From a virus (Duplodnaviria; Caudoviricetes): a stretch of 64,000 bases of DNA. Positions within the stretch are counted from its first letter, which is position 1. Each line of letters starts with the position of its first letter. Shown here piece by piece: positions 60,385 to 64,000 of the stretch. Location of the stretch: IMG/VR virus record IMGVR_UViG_3300021400_001310, positions 40,557 to 104,556 of that record, one strand, 5' to 3'. A model generated the notes under the pieces. That model saw only the letters and a list, made by a program, of their open reading frames with translations. It ran no database searches and was not told where the DNA came from. Made by a program: the position numbers and the translations under genes.

Positions 60385-60510
60385 TACCCTGAGCAGGACT
60401 CGAACCTGCGACCTCGGCTTTAACAGAGCAAGGAAAATTGCAGTTCAAGACTTTCCATAAGTAAACCAAGCCTCAAAATTACGCGCTCTAACCAACTGAG
60501 CTATCAGGGC
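60385..60510 (-). ncRNA. tRNA-like RNA with anticodon arm replaced by insert carrying ACTGCAATTTT
   Basis: GCCCTGA acceptor, GCTCAGTTGGTTAGAGC D arm, GCAGGTTCGAGTCCTGC T arm. Confidence 0.65.
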
Positions 60511-60706
60511 TAATACCAACCTTGCTAATCTGTTTTATGTAGTTCAATTAGGTCGTGTAAAGCTTTCATTGTCATAAAACCTATAGAATAATGTATTAGA
60601 GTACGATCTTTTTCTCCTTTTATGAACAAAATAATGCTCAAAATCAAATAGGCTACACCTATCAGTAATCTAAACATAGCGCTAAAATTTTCAAAAAACC
60701 TCATTT

Positions 60707-61159
60707 TTAACCCTCCGATAAATCGGCACTAATCATATTAACAACTGCTCTTACATATTCAGTTTTATCAGAATTGTCCACAGCTACAAAACCAAACAAA
60801 TCTCCGTTAACTAAAACCGGGAAAACTGATTTTCCTCTATACGGAAATTCCGAACGATTATCAAACCAATTAACGGGGGTAAATTCTGGAAAATCCTCTG
60901 ATTTACTGCCTTCGATAATACCAGATGTGTCATAAATAGCAAATTTGATTTGTTCTTTTCTTAACGCCACCTTAGCTACATTAGCTCGCTCTCTCATAAC
61001 AACCGGTGTGTATTTTTTAAAAACCACCGAATCCGTCGTATCGTCGACAAATAATTCTAAAGGGTCGCCCTCTCGAATTCTTAAACTTCTGCGTATTTCT
61101 TTTGGAATAACAACCCTACCAAGGTCGTCGATTCTTCTGACGATTCCTGTTGCCCTCAT
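60707..61159 (-). CDS. AbrB/SpoVT-family regulator
   Basis: MRATGIVRRIDDLGRVVIPKEIRR. Confidence 0.85.
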   Translation of the reverse strand: MRATGIVRRIDDLGRVVIPKEIRRSLRIREGDPLELFVDDTTDSVVFKKYTPVVMRERANVAKVALRKEQIKFAIYDTSGIIEGSKSEDFPEFTPVNWFDNRSEFPYRGKSVFPVLVNGDLFGFVAVDNSDKTEYVRAVVNMISADLSEG

Positions 61160-61200
61160 ATCATATCAACGCTCCTTTACTGCTCTGTGAAATCAAGAAA

Positions 61201-61611
61201 TCAGGCATCAATGCGCATAAAAGCGGATCGAAAATCAGACGTTTTCATAAATGCGGTTTTGGTTTTACCAGTATCAATTTTAAAAATCCTTTTAGCAGCT
61301 TCCGGTTTAATCACAACAAATCGACCTGTAGGATAAACCCCGTCTGTTATAGGCATATTAGTTGTTGTATTTGGAGATTCAGTTGCTTCGATAACTGTAA
61401 AACCAAGCCCAAAATTCTTTTTGCATTCTTCACAAGGCTCATAATCGAGCACCATTCTCATCGGAGCTTCAATATCCTGCCCTCGTGAACCGATACGACC
61501 CATAAGAGCAACTTCATTCTTTTCAGAACCACACCAAAAGCACACCGGTACTGTAGGATTAACTCCATATTTTTTAGATAATTTAACGCCCACAAAATCA
61601 CTCCCTGTCAA
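61201..61611 (-). CDS. Zn-binding hypothetical protein
   Basis: GVNP..CFWCG...PCEEC. Confidence 0.6.
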   Translation of the reverse strand: MTGSDFVGVKLSKKYGVNPTVPVCFWCGSEKNEVALMGRIGSRGQDIEAPMRMVLDYEPCEECKKNFGLGFTVIEATESPNTTTNMPITDGVYPTGRFVVIKPEAAKRIFKIDTGKTKTAFMKTSDFRSAFMRIDA

Positions 61612-62011
61612 TTATGTAATCAAATCGGTCAATAATATCATCTTCATAATCAGTATCAGGATTATAAATATCCAGCGTCATAATAATATCGCCGTTTCGG
61701 ATACCTTTAACCCTTGAGTAATTGATATAAAAATCACCCTGATTAGAAAAAATCCTGCCCTCTCCGGTTTCTGCATTAACCACTTCGCCGAAAATCCTTT
61801 CAATAATCAGCTTTCCATTTGCACGACGGTTGGTTAATATTTCTGTTGTTAAATCATCGGTGTCATATACCGATATAATATCAAGCCCGTTAGCTTTATT
61901 TTTATAAAATTCAAGCTTATCTGTGCTATGAACTTGATGACAATACGAAAAACCGAATGTAATTATAATTACAAAAATCATAATTAACACGACTTTTAAA
62001 AATTTGTTCAT
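61598..62011 (-). CDS. Membrane-anchored hypothetical protein
   Basis: N-terminal hydrophobic segment. Confidence 0.55.
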   Translation of the reverse strand: MNKFLKVVLIMIFVIIITFGFSYCHQVHSTDKLEFYKNKANGLDIISVYDTDDLTTEILTNRRANGKLIIERIFGEVVNAETGEGRIFSNQGDFYINYSRVKGIRNGDIIMTLDIYNPDTDYEDDIIDRFDYIIDRE

Positions 62012-62199
62012 TCGTAATCCACCTCGTCATCATCAAGAAATAATCCAGACTCTAAGGCGGTATCAATAAACCGCTTTACAGCGGGTATTTTGCGTTCTAA
62101 AAAATCCAGCAGAACCTTGCCGACCGGCAATAAACTGAGCATTGCAAAAACAAAGCATACGACATATAAAAAACCCACAGAAATCACTCCTTTACGCAA
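62008..62199 (-). CDS. Small membrane protein
   Basis: TM segment, coupled ORF. Confidence 0.45.
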   Translation of the reverse strand: MRKGVISVGFLYVVCFVFAMLSLLPVGKVLLDFLERKIPAVKRFIDTALESGLFLDDDEVDYE

Positions 62200-62398
62200 T
62201 TACTCTCTGAGCCTGATGACCAGTTCCCCAGATAACAGTTACTTTGAATGTGGTTGCATTACCAACGATAATCACACCACTTGACAAAACAGCCTTATAC
62301 TGTCCCTTTTCGGTGTTGTTATTAAACAAAACAACATCATCAACACCAGATGATGCTATTACCATTCTTACGAATTTTTGAAATTCCTTATAGCTCAT
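62192..62398 (-). CDS. Hypothetical protein
   Basis: ORF with GAGG SD. Confidence 0.5.
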   Translation of the reverse strand: MSYKEFQKFVRMVIASSGVDDVVLFNNNTEKGQYKAVLSSGVIIVGNATTFKVTVIWGTGHQAQRVIA

Positions 62399-62434
62399 AT
62401 TCTAAAACCTCGCCCTTTTGGAATATTTGTTGTA

Positions 62435-62524
62435 ATTATGAAAAATCCCACCGACCGGATTATGAAAAATCACACCGATAGGAAATTAAGAATCAGTCGG
62501 TTTAATAATGGAAAATCCCACCGA
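62435..62524. repeat. Three direct repeats of ATG(A/G)AAAATC(C/A)CACCGA
   Basis: Copies near 62435, 62459, 62507. Confidence 0.6.
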
Positions 62525-62635
62525 TTTAAAAAATCAGCAGGATTTTAGGAATCAAACGTATTACCATAACGGCGGGCGAGCCGTTTAAGACTCGCCCAAT
62601 AGGAGGGATAAAATCAATGAAAACAGCCTTTTATG

Positions 62636-63409
62636 TTAATTTGTCTTCGCCTTTTTGTAAACGGCTTCATATTTACCGTCAGTTACTACCCTATGACATA
62701 TCTCACAGATATACTGTCTCATAAATCTGTGATTAGCACATACTACAGACAATGCGCTTTTACCCTTTTTGTTGTAGATTTTGAGTAAGAAATTAACGTC
62801 GTGAGATGTAACTTTATACCCATCACCGAGCATAGCAGTGACAACCATCTGCAATGTTTTCAGGATATTTGTCTTTGATGTGGGAGTCTTACCCATATCA
62901 ATATCACGGGCGATAGCTGCAATATCATAGCAGTCCTTAATCTCTTTCGGATTAACGCCGATATCTACGGCTGTCTGTACGGTGAGCAAGAAGTTGAATT
63001 TCTGAACAAGATAATCCCAGTTCTTCTCTTTACCGATATTACCATAACCGATTTTCTTCGCATAGTTATGCAGCTTCAGAACATCAATGTTCTTATTGAC
63101 GGTCACAATCGTCAATACCGGAATCTTCTCAGTCTCATTGAAATCTCTTTTCTCGTTTTTTGCCGCAATAGACTCAAATGTGAGTCTTCTTACAGCTTCG
63201 ACCATAGGATTCTCAGCTTCAAGGATTTCATCAAAGGTAATATCTCTGGCAATCTGAGTATACTCTTTGATACTTGCGTCGATGCTTTCATTGCATCTGA
63301 ACGCTTCTTCGATTTTGCCGTTCTGGAACAATTCGTTATACTTCGATACTCCATTTTCGGCTTCCTGCCTTAATTCGGCAAGTCTTGCCATTTTTTTCTC
63401 TTTGGTCAT
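62636..63409 (-). CDS. Hypothetical protein
   Basis: 257-aa ORF with AAGGAG SD. Confidence 0.65.
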   Translation of the reverse strand: MTKEKKMARLAELRQEAENGVSKYNELFQNGKIEEAFRCNESIDASIKEYTQIARDITFDEILEAENPMVEAVRRLTFESIAAKNEKRDFNETEKIPVLTIVTVNKNIDVLKLHNYAKKIGYGNIGKEKNWDYLVQKFNFLLTVQTAVDIGVNPKEIKDCYDIAAIARDIDMGKTPTSKTNILKTLQMVVTAMLGDGYKVTSHDVNFLLKIYNKKGKSALSVVCANHRFMRQYICEICHRVVTDGKYEAVYKKAKTN

Positions 63410-63893
63410 AACAAAGTCTCCTTAATATTATTTGAGCGATAATAAGCCCATAATAAAGCACACCAACGGGCATCTCATAACTACCGGCTGATGTGCTTGA
63501 ATTATAGGTTCATCAAAGCCCGACTTTTGCCGGACTTCGTTATATTTCATTATAGACAATACTTGAACATTCTAATGCTTTGTATTTTCCGCAAACAATT
63601 ATACCCTTGGGTATAGATATTCGCTTGTACCTACATCAATATACATCCTCGGATGTATAGAGCTGCCTATACGCTACATCAGAACAGTCGTTCTTGAATA
63701 CCTCAAATAAGTTCCTCAAGCCGAGTTTGGTATCTTCTGAGATACTAATACCGATGACATTTTCACTATCTGCCACGCCATAGGTCTACTCCCATATGAC
63801 TTATCCGACGACTCTGAATTATAGTACAGAGCTAACTGTATGAATGCACATACGCCCTTATTCGCTATACTCCGAATAGGTAAGAGTTTTCAG

Positions 63894-64000
63894 TGCGGTC
63901 GCCGTTGCGGTCGCTTACACTTGTATTCAACCGTTGCTAGACGGTCGCCGTTGCGGTCGCCGTTGCGGTCGCTTACACTTGTATTCAACCGTTGCTAGAC
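63894..64000. repeat. 49-bp direct repeat (period 58) with nested CGGTCGCCGTTG subrepeat
   Basis: Identical 63894-63942 and 63952-64000; cut by window edge. Confidence 0.7.

Overview
A 64-kb segment of a large, AT-rich temperate tailed phage of a Firmicute host (probably Clostridia), apparently in excised form. Bases 1-8022 (+) hold distal tail/fibre and lysis genes. These converge at an intact attP (3' half of tRNA-Trp with TTTCTAACA arm repeats on both sides) with a long minus-strand arm. That arm carries integrase/excisionase, nucleotide metabolism (NrdD-glutaredoxin, Gmk, ThyX), a replisome (DnaE, DnaG, DnaB, SSB, ERF, PD-(D/E)XK nuclease), a MazF-like/MrpR-like/SOS control region, RNA ligase, tRNAs and tRNA-like RNAs, a four-gene NAD module, an HslV-like peptidase, a Ubl-E2-JAB-E1 cassette and a TROVE-like/vWA gene with upstream RNA repeats. 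The standout is one retron-type reverse transcriptase (50889-52040) with four retron-like ncRNA cassettes: one upstream, two in tandem downstream and one orphan about 13.7 kb away. All four share a conserved msr-like hairpin, a covarying second hairpin, covarying a1/a2-like terminal inverted repeats and an unpaired G at the branch position, but each has a different template region. Three templates read like natural polylinkers of restriction-modification motifs. All protein calls come from motif recognition by eye; no searches were run.
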